Positions 13,538 to 24,878 of a stretch of DNA of 64,000 nucleotides are shown piece after piece. This stretch comes from Schmidtea nova (Eukaryota). The stretch lies in the NCBI GenBank assembly GCA_044892505.1, contig CM097883.1, positions 296,608,001 to 296,672,000 of the forward strand, written 5' to 3'. A program made the position numbers and the translations under genes. Each line of letters starts with the position of its first letter. Position 1 is the first letter of the stretch. The notes under the pieces were generated by a model. The model made no database searches and was not told the DNA's origin. It was given only the letters and a program-made list of their open reading frames with translations.

Positions 13538-14999
13538 NNNNNNNNNNNNNNNNNNNNNNNNNNNNNNNNNNNNNNNNNNNNNNNNNNNNNNNNNNNNNNN
13601 NNNNNNNNNNNNNNNNNNNNNNNNNNNNNNNNNNNNNNNNNNNNNNNNNNNNNNNNNNNNNNNNNNNNNNNNGATCCCCCAAATTTTATAATTGTTGTTA
13701 GTATTATTTTTATTATTTATACAGTCATGTATTATCTACAGTAAGTTGGCTAGCAGCTTACTATGGAGAATACAAAATTTAAAATGATATCGTTTACACA
13801 ATTATAATTTTGATTTAAAAAAGTTTAAAGCAAAATAAAAAATAATTAAGAAGAATATAGTGGCAAGAATAATTCTCGAAAAAAGAAAAACAAATAGTCA
13901 AAAGAATATAAGTGAGAAACTATTATAACATCGTGAAATTTGATAACTCAGTTGGAATATTTGTTTCAATTTAAACTGTTAATAAATTCATTCGTGAGTA
14001 TATATTTTTATATTGCGATGTAGTTAATAAACTTATTTGTTCCAAAATTGTTATTGGTTATTACAAGTCCTCACTACATACACACATTCATACATAATCA
14101 ACGTAACATTTACCCCTAGAGTCCCGACACAATTTTTACAGGAGACACTGTTGGGCTTTTCAATCTCCCTCAACAAACATCGAAACTCAGGTCGGAATAC
14201 ATTCTGTCCTAGAGGATGTGAAAACCATTCGAATAATATACATACAGGTAGAAAATTAATGGATCGATGACAGTAATTCCCAGGAAAAAGCCGTCTAAAT
14301 AATATTCTCTGAATGAATATAAAAATTTACAGTATAAAACATCCAAACTAACTGAGGAAACCAGACCGCAAATTTTAGCACGAGTTCCGAAGAAAACTGC
14401 TATTGAAGAAATTGACTTAACATATGAATATCTAATAATGACAGAGATTGAAGTTTCTTCTGCTGAACTTATTTGGACTACGGAAATGGCGATAGAGCCA
14501 ATGGGAGAAGGCTTGGAGACAATAACAAGTTTGAATATGGTAAAATTTCAACTTATGTAAGAATATGGTCCAATGCCCAGAAAAAAGGATAGGAAAAGAA
14601 AAGCAGATTCATCAATCGAAGTCACCCAGACCATATCAAAAAATGGCCTAACATATGAACAAGTGGAAACGATAGTCCGATATAAGCATGGATCCAAGAG
14701 AATGGAAATAAAAATGGATTAACAAAAATCTATTAATTTATATATAATATATTTATAAAATAAATAAATCGTAAATCTTGTGTTGATTCATCGTCGTTAT
14801 TAAGGCAGTCACCAGTCAAACCCTGCCAAACTTTAATATTCAGTCACATTATTATTTTTAATATTTTACCATAGAATAAATTATTTTAAAATGGAATCAA
14901 ATAATAATAAAACAGAATAAAAACGAAATCGGTTAAAAAATTTGAGGAGCAAGCAATTAGTTCTCTTGCTAATAGATGTCAGATTTAATATTATTAGTA

Positions 15000-15717
15000 C
15001 AGTCAACCCCTTTTTAATATGAACCATGCTTAATATGAACAGAATTTAAATATGATGATTTATATCAAAAATTATTAGGAAATCATAGTTTTCATAGGAA
15101 ATTATGTTTTATAATACGAACACTGTTTATTTTGAACAATGATTAATTTATATCATTAATTTATACAATTTCTTGTTCAAATATTTCATTTTAACTGTCT
15201 TTTATGAACATGAAAAACACAAATTTAAAATGAAAGAGAGAATTTAAGTATCGAAGACAAACATAAATTGTTAAAATAATTCGATGAAGATAAAGGTTGT
15301 TCTCAATGCTTTCTTTCGTCAAAATACAATATTTCATTAGGTTGTATAAATAATCTTATGAAATCCAGAGACTCCATTTTGAATTCAAACTTAAATACCA
15401 AAGAATATACAGTAATAACAGGATTCGGAGCCTATGAGTATCCAAGAAAACTTGAAAAACGAAGCTAATAATCCTGATAAGATGAACAAAATATGGGATT
15501 TGATTGATGAAATTCAAGGAGAAAAAGCATCTAGACAATTGAAAATCACAGGCGTTATTATGCGTCAAAGAAATAAAAATTGTGATAAATAGGTGTATTA
15601 AATACATTTTTTGTGAAATCTTTGATATTGTTATGTTATTAACTGTTCATATTGTTTTTTAATATGAAAATTTGAGAAAATTGGAACGCTAGTGTTCATA
15701 TTGAACAGGGTTGACTG
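15000..15717 (+). mobile_element. Non-autonomous pogo/Tigger-like element
   Basis: TA|cagtcaaccc...gggttgactg|TA. An internal remnant KRENLSIEDKHKLLK (~15230-15280) resembles a pogo N-terminal HTH. Confidence 0.7.
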
Positions 15718-16063
15718 TACTACTATTATTGGTATCGTATTATTAATTTTATTTAAATATACATATAAAAGGTTTTTATTATTAGATATGAGGCAGATTT
15801 TAATATTATTATTATTAATTATGATTAAAGTTGGTATTATTATTTTTATTATTAGCACTAGAATCGCTATTATTATTATTATGTAAGCAAATTTCTAAAT
15901 AATAATAAATTAAAATCAAAACTTTCTTAAGAAAAGTCAACAAGACACCAAACAACAAATTTTATTTTTACCAACAAATTCAGAAGTGTCAATGAATCTT
16001 GAAACAACTTCAATAAGTTTTTGGTAAAATATACCAATGGTAAACTTTCAATAGTGATGAATG

Positions 16064-16984
16064 TGTTGGGCTAATAATGTGAAGTCGGTAATTTCTGACT
16101 CCTGTGTTCTCTTTCAATCACGAAAATAAATGAAACCCAACACAATAACTTTATATTATTTTTCCAATGAACAATAACACTTTTTATCACAGAAAGTTAC
16201 TAATGCTCTGCACTCTTCCGCGTGAAGGTAGAACACCCGATGGGATATCTCCCTCTCTGGCACGCAAGAAGATTTAACTTCAATTTCTACCTTTGGTTTT
16301 CTCTACACACTTCCTCCAAATAGCTTCGTTGTTTGACAAGTTCGGTTTACGCTTGAAATTTATCTTCGACCACTTTTGGCTTGACTATTTGGCTTCGACC
16401 AACTGGCCTCAAGAAATTAGCTTTGACTAACTGGCGATATTGGCAATTTGCTCTGCGTCTATATAATACTTTTTGTTGTCATCCTGTCGGCTTAATTGGA
16501 TCAGGCGGAAATGAAATAATTAAATTTGTTTGACCGCCGCCTAATTGAGTTTCGCCGCTAATGGTTTTTCGGATCTTCCCGGGGTATTCAATCTATTTCG
16601 ATAATTAGATGATTTTGTTGAGGCCCCGGGTTTCCCACATCGCCCGGGTTTCCCATTAGCTCGGGTTTCCCATTGGCTCGGGTTTCCCATTGGCTAGGGT
16701 TTTCAATTAGACGATTAATTATTTTTAATTAATTTGTATTTTCTTAATTTATCTTTCTGGGGGTTCCTTTTCTTTTTTATATACCCATTTTTGAATTCGT
16801 CTCATCATTTGCCATCTTCCCATACGAGTTTCCACCGTTGAATCTTTATTTTGAATTTTATAAATTTTTAATTAATGTTTGTACTTAAATTATTATTTTT
16901 CCAATTTTCGTATTTTTATCGATTTGCACATAGTTTTTGTGCTTTTTAATATTTTATTTCAAGCCTGTTCAGCCAACCCCAACA
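16064..16984 (-). mobile_element. Solo-LTR-like repeat (TGTTGGG...CCCAACA), 921 bp, containing a 17-bp tandem gggtttcccatt(g/a)gctc
   Basis: Inverted TG...CA termini and colinear similarity to 59108-59967, with partial copies near 20050-20330 and 23300-23700. No convincing TSD. Confidence 0.5.
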
Positions 16985-17619
16985 ATAATAATAAATTTAT
17001 TAATATTTTCATAACAGTAAATTCCCTTAAACAATGCCGAAAGCCAGTAGAATTTGAGTAACATGATCTATATTGGATGATGATCTGATTAAGGCAGAAT
17101 CATGGACGTATACTTCATGATTAACCACTTGTTATGTTTAAACATGTAGATGCATTGTAAGCAAAGAATTCGAAGACAACATAGTTCTTCAAAAGAGTAT
17201 CTCAGTGAATATTTAATTGAATTTTGCTTCAGGAGAAATCATAGGAACAGTGGAGCATGCTTTTTTAGTTTCTTTATTAAGATAATAAATAATCATTTGA
17301 TCTAATATTTACTTTTTTTATTTTGTCGCCCCATAAAACCATGATCTAAGCAGGCAATAAACATGTAACGCACATCATCGTCATACACATATTCATAAAA
17401 GCGAATTTAATAGAAACAAATAAATTCCTAGCCAAATTTAAATCATAAAGGACCAAACTTTTTATTTTTTTATAATTCTTAAATTTCTAAATAATATTTC
17501 ATAAACTTCCAGCTTGACTTATCTTACCTTTTTCATTACTTTTTAAAATATTATGTCATTAATATTTTTACGAAGATATAATCACAATTATCTTTTTGTT
17601 TCATATTTGATCTTTTTTT

Positions 17620-17821
17620 AATATTAATATCAATAATTCCCATAATGGTAAGACTATAGATCAAAATTTCTTTAAATTAATACACAATATTTCGGCATAG
17701 CCTTTATCAATTATGTATGTAAATAGACACTTGATAAAGGCTGTACCGAAATATTGTGTACTTATTTAAAGAAATTTTGATCTATAGTCTTACCATTATG
17801 GGAATTATTGATATTAATATT
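17620..17821. mobile_element. Fold-back/hairpin MITE (91-bp arms, 20-nt loop), member of a dispersed family
   Basis: aatattaatatcaataattcccataatggtaagactatagatcaaa...cctttatcaa is mirrored at 17731-17821. Related halves occur at ~125-225, ~5060-5149, ~9897-9985 and ~57958-58025. Confidence 0.8.
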
Positions 17822-18584
17822 TTACGGAGATAATCCATATTTGTTGTCTAAAGAAACTTTTTATTTAATTAAATGTTTTATTCTTATTTTAAACTGAATA
17901 TATTGGAATCTGTTTACAAAACTATTTGAATGATTTTGCATTTACAAAATTCTTCCATACTTGATTGACTATTGGAAGTATTGTAATTCTATTCAAAATG
18001 TAAATTATTTTTACAGTTTATTTATTTAAAATATTTACACGTGTTTTTATTTAACAAAAAACTCTGAGATCATAAAAAATTACTTTAAAGTTGTCGTAGT
18101 ATTACAATGAAAGTGAAAATGAGAGTTTTAGTGGAGTAGAACTAACATGTAGAGAAATATAAATAAGGGGACAAAGAGCAATCTTGACATATAAAGTCAA
18201 AGGTCAAATTTACTGTAATATATTAGAGGTCAACTATAATAAAATAGATGGAAGGACAATTTTGACGTAAGAAATTAATTAACAATTATACAACCATTGA
18301 CTTAATATATAATATTGCACAATTTAATTGGTGACAGAAAGGAGTATGTGATCTGACAGGGCACATCCTATTACTTCTTGGTGAATAGAATGGATTTGCT
18401 GAATATTTTTTGAATGAATTGAAAATGATAAATGTCGCATTTCAATGAGCCCATTATTTGTGGAAAATCTAATAACAAAAAATAAGCAAACAAAAAAAAT
18501 TATAAACAATTATTTTGAGTAGGCTCCGTTTTGTGTAGACGATTATTTATATTTTCTTTCAAAAAATTGAAAATTACCTGTAAT

Positions 18585-19303
18585 CAGGGATACCATCTTC
18601 GAGATTTAAATATGCGGGACAAAATTTCGAAATTGAAATAAAGAAAAAAAACACATAATTTGAATATTTCAAATATTCAATGTATATATATTATTATAAT
18701 ATTTATTATAGTCACAAATAATGAAAAAATAAAATAAAAAAAAATTATAAAAAACTAAATAATAAAAAAATATATGCTTAATGAAAAATAAACAAATTAA
18801 CAAAACATAACGAAACAGAAAAAAAGTATTAGTTTAAACTTACTTTGATATTATTTTCAATTCAATTATTCCATAAATTGAATATAATTAAAACATACAA
18901 TTTACACCAGACTAATGTACTTTCAATGTGCATTAATAATATTTAATTAAATTTTTACTTGAATAGTTTTTTTTATCATTTGTCTTTGACCACAAGGACG
19001 AGAATGACGAACTGTCATCACAATTCAAAAGTCCCAGTAGGCAATTTGTACTGCACAAAATATTTCAACTCGTGAAATAAAAATCCAAATTAAAACAAAC
19101 TCCACCAAACAAAATAAAGTGACAATTTTCGTTACAGGGCTTGAATATTTTTAATTCAGACGTAAAATTAATTTTGTTTTATGTGAAATTTTTTTAACTC
19201 GTTTTAGAGAGACGTGCGGGAAAATTAGTTTGCGTGTGGGACGCGGGAAATATCTTAGGTGTGTGGGACAATCCCACCTAGGGCGGGACAGATGGTAACC
19301 CTG
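18585..19303. mobile_element. Non-autonomous hAT-like element
   Basis: TIR cagggataccatct / agatggtaaccctg, degenerate 8-bp TSD cctgtaat / tctgtgat, and subterminal gggaca/gcggga repeats. Confidence 0.6.
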
Positions 19304-19569
19304 TCTGTGATTGAGTGTATGTTGAACCTTTTTTCGTAATATAGGAATAAAATTTACTTTCAATGGATATATATATATATATATACAGGTCAAATCTCGA
19401 TGTAACGAATACCGAAGTAACGAAATTTCCAGTATAACAAATCTATAATTTGTCCCCGACGAACTTCCATGCAATATTGTATAGTACTCACTATAACAAA
19501 TTTTCAGTATAACGAAACAAAATAAATTAAAATTAAAAATAAATATTAAGCAAGGAAAACTAGTATGGG

Positions 19570-20049
19570 CAGTGGCGTACCTAGGGTAAATGGCGCCTAT
19601 GGCAAACACCGATCTTGCGCCCCTCCCGACGATAGGTTACTTACGTTTTATTTTCTAAAAAACTACTGCAGAATTGAGTAAAAAAGCACAAGTTAAAACT
19701 ATTAACACTTTATTATAAATTTATCTTTCTTGCTTTAGTTGACGCAAATTGTTTAATTATATTATCAAAGTCATTTTTTTCTGTCATTTCTCGTTCTATG
19801 CTAAGTAAAGCAAGATCACATAATCGACTTTGGCCCATCGAGGCTCTCAAATATGAAAGTATAAATTTTAATTTGCTAAATTATCTTTAGCAACTGGCAA
19901 TAGAAACCGCGATTGAATACACATATTTATAACTATAAAAATATTTTTTTATTTTCATTTGCGTATTTATACGTTAGGCACTTTTTCGCGCCCCTTCAGT
20001 TGGCACCCATGGCACGTGCCATGCCTGCCATACCCTAGTTAAGCTTCTG
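19570..20049 (-). mobile_element. Deleted hAT element retaining the C-terminal dimerisation-domain fragment
   Basis: Ends are cagtggcgtacctagggt and accctagttaagcttctg. The minus strand of ~19720-19910 reads SIAVSIASC*R*FSKLKFILSYLRASMGQSRLCDLALLSIE...FDNIIKQFASTKARK (hATC-like). Confidence 0.7.
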
Positions 20050-20782
20050 GATATAGGAAGATGCCAAATGATGAGACAAATATGGTAATATAAAACTAAA
20101 AAGGGCCCCCGGAACGACATATTAAGAAAATACAAATTAATTTAAGAAATTAATTATCTATTGAAAAACTTGAGATAATGCGGAAAACGACTCGTCAACA
20201 AAATTATTAAATTAATAGAGGAAATTTAATGAGATAAAGGAAGCCCGGGAGAGCCGCACTTAAGATAATTACCCCTAAAAAATAATTAGTGGAAAACCGG
20301 GGAAAGATAAAAAACTCAAGCGCTAAAGGAAACTGGAATAAAAAATAACATTAAGTTTTGATCAAATGAAGCAAGAGGTGCTGATGAATCATACAATCAA
20401 ACAGTATATTCACTCTGTTGGTCAAAAATAGTTTAGTGAAGACAAATTTATAAAGTTAACAGGTTAGCTAGATTTCACTTCCAATCAATTATTTGTTTAC
20501 CAGAAAGGGGGGTCTCCCATGGGAATACCTATCTATATCGCTGGAAAGGGTAGAAGCAACAAGTGTAAATGTAATTATGTATTGATATTAAAATAAAATT
20601 TATTGTATTGAGGTTTGTCAATTTATTTATAAAGAAAGGACACTAGGGGTCAGAGATTAACCGACTATTTATTAATAATCCCACAAAATTTTAATAAATT
20701 TTTAAAATATCTTACTTTTAAAATTATCATCATTAATGATCACAATACAATAAAAAGAAATCAAAAAATTAGAAGAAAAAAT

Positions 20783-21991
20783 TTACTTTAAATCAAGTTT
20801 TTCATGTTTAACTTCGACATTTTCATTTTTGTGTTCAAATTTACGCTTCAATCCCAATTTTGAATTTTTATTTTTTATCAGATTTAAATTATTCTTTCCT
20901 GTTTTATTTGTTGATCCTGACGCAGAAGAATTACTATTTGCACTGCAATTTGTGGAAGTTAATAATTTTTCTTTAGTCTGCATCCAATATATGATTGCCC
21001 TTCTACTTATGTTTAACGCAGACGCAATCTCATCAATCGTTTCACCGTTTTCATATCTTTCTATCGCTTCCAGTTTCTCACTATTTGAAAAGATTTTTTT
21101 ATTTATTTGTTCTTTGGCATTTAACGTTTCTAATAATTTCCCTTTATTTTCTATCCATAAGTTGATCTGTCTTTTACTGACATTGTAAGCAGCAATAATC
21201 TGATCAATTGTTGCGCCGTTCTCATATTTCTCAATAACTTCCAGCTTTTTATTTATAGTTTCTTTGATCCGCTTGATGTTTTCCTTGCCTTTAACCCATT
21301 TGTAAACGCGACTTTTAATGACATTAAATTTCTTTTCAATCTCCGAAATTGGAACTTTATTTTGATACATTTCAATGGCTTGTTCTTTTTGTTCAACGGT
21401 AAATTTCGGATGTTGCAACGAATTTGACAACCTCAGCCAATACTCTCTATTTTTCAGCCAGTCTACGATATTATTTTCTTTTGCGTTAAAAATTGTCATA
21501 ATTTCTTTAACAGTTTTGCCTTGATCAAACATTTCAATTGCTCTACATTTGTCATTGAGTGCAAATTTAGAAGGGGGCTTTGGAGAATTGGAATACGCTT
21601 CAAAATAATCTTTTTTTTCGATCCATTTATATAACGTAGAACAACTAACATTGTAAATTGACGCAATTTCTTCCGCGGATTTTCCATTTTCGTGCATGGT
21701 AACGATGTTTAACTTTTCTCTGTTTGTATATCGGGATTTAGGTAAAGGATTATCAGTAAGCTTTGTAAGATAATTTTTATTTTTTATCCACAGATGTACA
21801 GATTGTGAAGTTACATTATGAATAGTAGCGATCTCTTTTAAGGATCTCCCTTCTTCGAACATATTAATTGCATTTAATTTTACAGAAACTGTCAAATCAT
21901 TTCTTTTTTTACCTGTTTTTCTATTATTTACATTGTTTTCTACTTGATCAGATTCTGCTGACCGATTTGGATCATTTATAGACTTCATCAA
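20783..21991 (-). CDS. Intronless 402-aa protein made of six tandem helix-turn-helix repeats (psq/CENP-B N-terminal-like), no catalytic domain
   Basis: Six ~40-aa repeats of the pattern K-x-x-A/I-I-x-M-x-E-x-G-x-x-x-x-E-I-x-x-x-Y/F-N-V-x5-I/V-x-x-W (e.g. KLNAINMFEEGRSLKEIATIHNVTSQSVHLW; KLEAIERYENGETIDEIASALNISRRAIIYW). The C-terminal LKRK is a possible NLS. Confidence 0.8.
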   Translation of the reverse strand: MMKSINDPNRSAESDQVENNVNNRKTGKKRNDLTVSVKLNAINMFEEGRSLKEIATIHNVTSQSVHLWIKNKNYLTKLTDNPLPKSRYTNREKLNIVTMHENGKSAEEIASIYNVSCSTLYKWIEKKDYFEAYSNSPKPPSKFALNDKCRAIEMFDQGKTVKEIMTIFNAKENNIVDWLKNREYWLRLSNSLQHPKFTVEQKEQAIEMYQNKVPISEIEKKFNVIKSRVYKWVKGKENIKRIKETINKKLEVIEKYENGATIDQIIAAYNVSKRQINLWIENKGKLLETLNAKEQINKKIFSNSEKLEAIERYENGETIDEIASALNISRRAIIYWMQTKEKLLTSTNCSANSNSSASGSTNKTGKNNLNLIKNKNSKLGLKRKFEHKNENVEVKHEKLDLK

Positions 21992-22275
21992 TCCAATAAC
22001 TTTATAGTCAAAGTTTCTTCTGAAAGCTTTTAGTGAAATTTTAATTATTTTTTGTTTTCTTTGGTTTTTATTGGTTGATTTATTTTAAAAATAATAAATG
22101 AATTTTGATTGAAAACTTAAACAAAATTAATTTTAAAAATTAATTTAAATATAAAACAGTAAAAATTTTTAAGTTTGATTGTATCATTTTTAATGCATTC
22201 TGTTAATTTAAAAAAAAATTTGTTTATTTTCTGTTATTATTTTATTATTATGTTTATTTATGTTTATTTATTATT

Positions 22276-23037
22276 GGGGCAATATTAAATGATCAGTACT
22301 TTTAATAAAATGATCAGTATTTTTTATTCAAATACCAGTAAATTTTGATCAGTAAATTAATTGATTTTGCCAAGTCAATTAGATAAAATGATCAGTAAAT
22401 TAAATGAATTACAGTAAATTAAAAAACGTAATTTTGAACAGATTTTTATAAAAATACCAGTAAATATTTTACTTTGCACAGTAAAAATGTTGGCAGCTCA
22501 GAGTGGAACATCAAATTTCATTGAAATAATAAGGCTTTCTTTGCTTTTGATTTTCATTTTGAACTGCATCTTCACTTTCCTGTTTATTCTCGAAAACACA
22601 TTCCCTCTTCCATTCTCGTTTTTTCTTTTGTTTTGGTAGTTTCCTTTGGTTATCTGCTTCATCATTCTCAGATTCAACATCTGAGATATATTCTGGTAAA
22701 TCCATAATAAACTTTCTTCTTTTGATTGGAATAAAAAATAGGGTTATATTGATATTCACTTCTTAGTTCAATTTCGAAACTGATCGAAAAATAATAATTA
22801 AATCAATTTATTTATTTATTTAACTGGTAGAAGTTTATTAAATTACTTTAATTTGATTAATTAACTTATCATTTATTTAATAAACTGGTCGTTTTTAATT
22901 AACTAATCGGGAATCTATCTATTGATCATTAAATTAATTTACTGGTCGTTTTATCAATTTACTGGTAATTTATTTATTTTATTAGTCACAAATTACTGTT
23001 GGTTTAAATTAAAATACTGATCATTTAAATCACACCC
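22276..23037 (-). mobile_element. Non-autonomous MULE-like element with subterminal repeats and an N-terminal transposase remnant
   Basis: Ends are ggggcaatattaaatgatcagta and tactgatcatttaaatcacaccc, with inverted (c)cagtaaat / atttactgg arrays. ORF 22511-22759 (REWKRECVFENKQESEDAVQNE) resembles the N-terminus of the MULE-like remnant at 46150-46480. Confidence 0.55.
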
Positions 23038-24878
23038 ATTATTATTATGTTTTATTATTATGTTTATTTTCTTGTTTTTTGTAAGATAAAAAATTAACAA
23101 AAATAATATACCGAAAGATTCCAAAAATAAATTTCAGGTATGTTTAAACGGAATTTTCATCAACTGAAATTCTATAAAATAATAATTTGTCAGTAAAATA
23201 TTTTAACTTTACTAAGTTATTTTTAACAATTCAATTTTGTAAAAGCAATTATAAATTAAAATGTTTTATTTAACCGGTCATTAATGTAGAAGTTTAAGTG
23301 AACATAGATCACTCTCATTACAAACATTTAATACACTTAAATCAACGGCGAATCCAGAGGAGAGTGGTAGTCGTGATAGCGCCCCCATCTGACCTAGAAT
23401 TTTCCTTAATTGCTTTGCACAATCTCTCGCCTTTGATTTCTCGGGTTTCTAATGTGCTCAATTTTCCGATTGTGTCTTGGGCTTCCCGTTGAACGATTAA
23501 TAAATTTGTTTTTACGATACAACTTTTTCTGGACCCCTTATTAAATTTTTATTATTATCTTTAGATTCGTCTCTTGATTTGGCGTTCAACCATACCCATT
23601 TCCCTCGACGAATATCAATTTTAATTTTTGAAAACTTTTAATTAATATTTGCATTTTTATTTATTTTGATATTCTTTTGCTTTTATTCTTATTTCTTTCT
23701 ATTTTTGTGATTTTTAATATCAACCCCAATATATATAATCTATCGGCTCAGTCCGCGCCTGCACCTAAGAACTTCAATTTGCAACTTACAATTAATTCGT
23801 ATTCCATAAGAATAAATTGAATTTGTCCATTTTTTTCCGTGTGATATAAATTCTGTTTGTTGCATTTGGATAATATATTTTTATCTGTATTCGGATAATT
23901 TTCAGAGGTAAATTATAATTATTTTCGCGATATTTACCAAGGCTTACAACTGTCTTTATTCTTTTATAAGACATCATAGAACTAAAGTAAAAAATTTAAA
24001 ATTTAAATAGCAGAAACTTCCAGGGAAATTGTCAAAATAAATTAGAGAACTCGCATTTTTATGCAATTAATGTAGTGGCTAACTTTTGACTACCTTTAAT
24101 AATGACGTTGATGAAGATTTTATCTGATGATTCATAATACAAAATATTAATACATAAAATATTTAAACTAAATATAAATTTATCATAAACTCAATTCATA
24201 TTGTTCTTATTAAATGCCACAGTGGTTCTTATCGGTTGCCCATTGGGGTATCCCACATATATAGCCCCTATATTTGTTATTAAAATACAGAGTATTGTTG
24301 GAAGCTAATATAAAATATGGTTTTTGGATATTAAAACATGTAAGGTTAATTATAAATATAATGTTTCACTCTATCTAAAATTTTTCTTTTTAAAAATGTT
24401 AAACTCGACTTTATTTAAGAGGGTAACTTCCGGTAAGTTTCCTATCCCACTTTTCATTTTTATAATTTTCTTCCACTTTCATGTGAAAGATTAAAATATA
24501 TAAGATTAATTCAAAATACCATTGTTAGAGTCATGCTTAAATAAGCATGAAATAAAATTATTAATTTTTGGATTGTTGTTGTCTGGAAACTGACGATCTA
24601 TTATTGTGCTTCGGAAATTGATGATTTATTATTGTGCTTTGGAAATTGATGATTCTTAGTTTTTCGAAAAAGAGGGGAAAATGTCGTTTTTAGTTATTTA
24701 AACAATAGGTTTTTTATTTGTATATANNNNNNNNNNNNNNNNNNNNNNNNNNNNNNNNNNNNNNNNNNNNNNNNNNNNNNNNNNNNNNNNNNNNNNNNNN
24801 NNNNNNNNNNNNNNNNNNNNNNNNNNNNNNNNNNNNNNNNNNNNNNNNNNNNNNNNNNNNNNNNNNNNNNNNNNNNNN

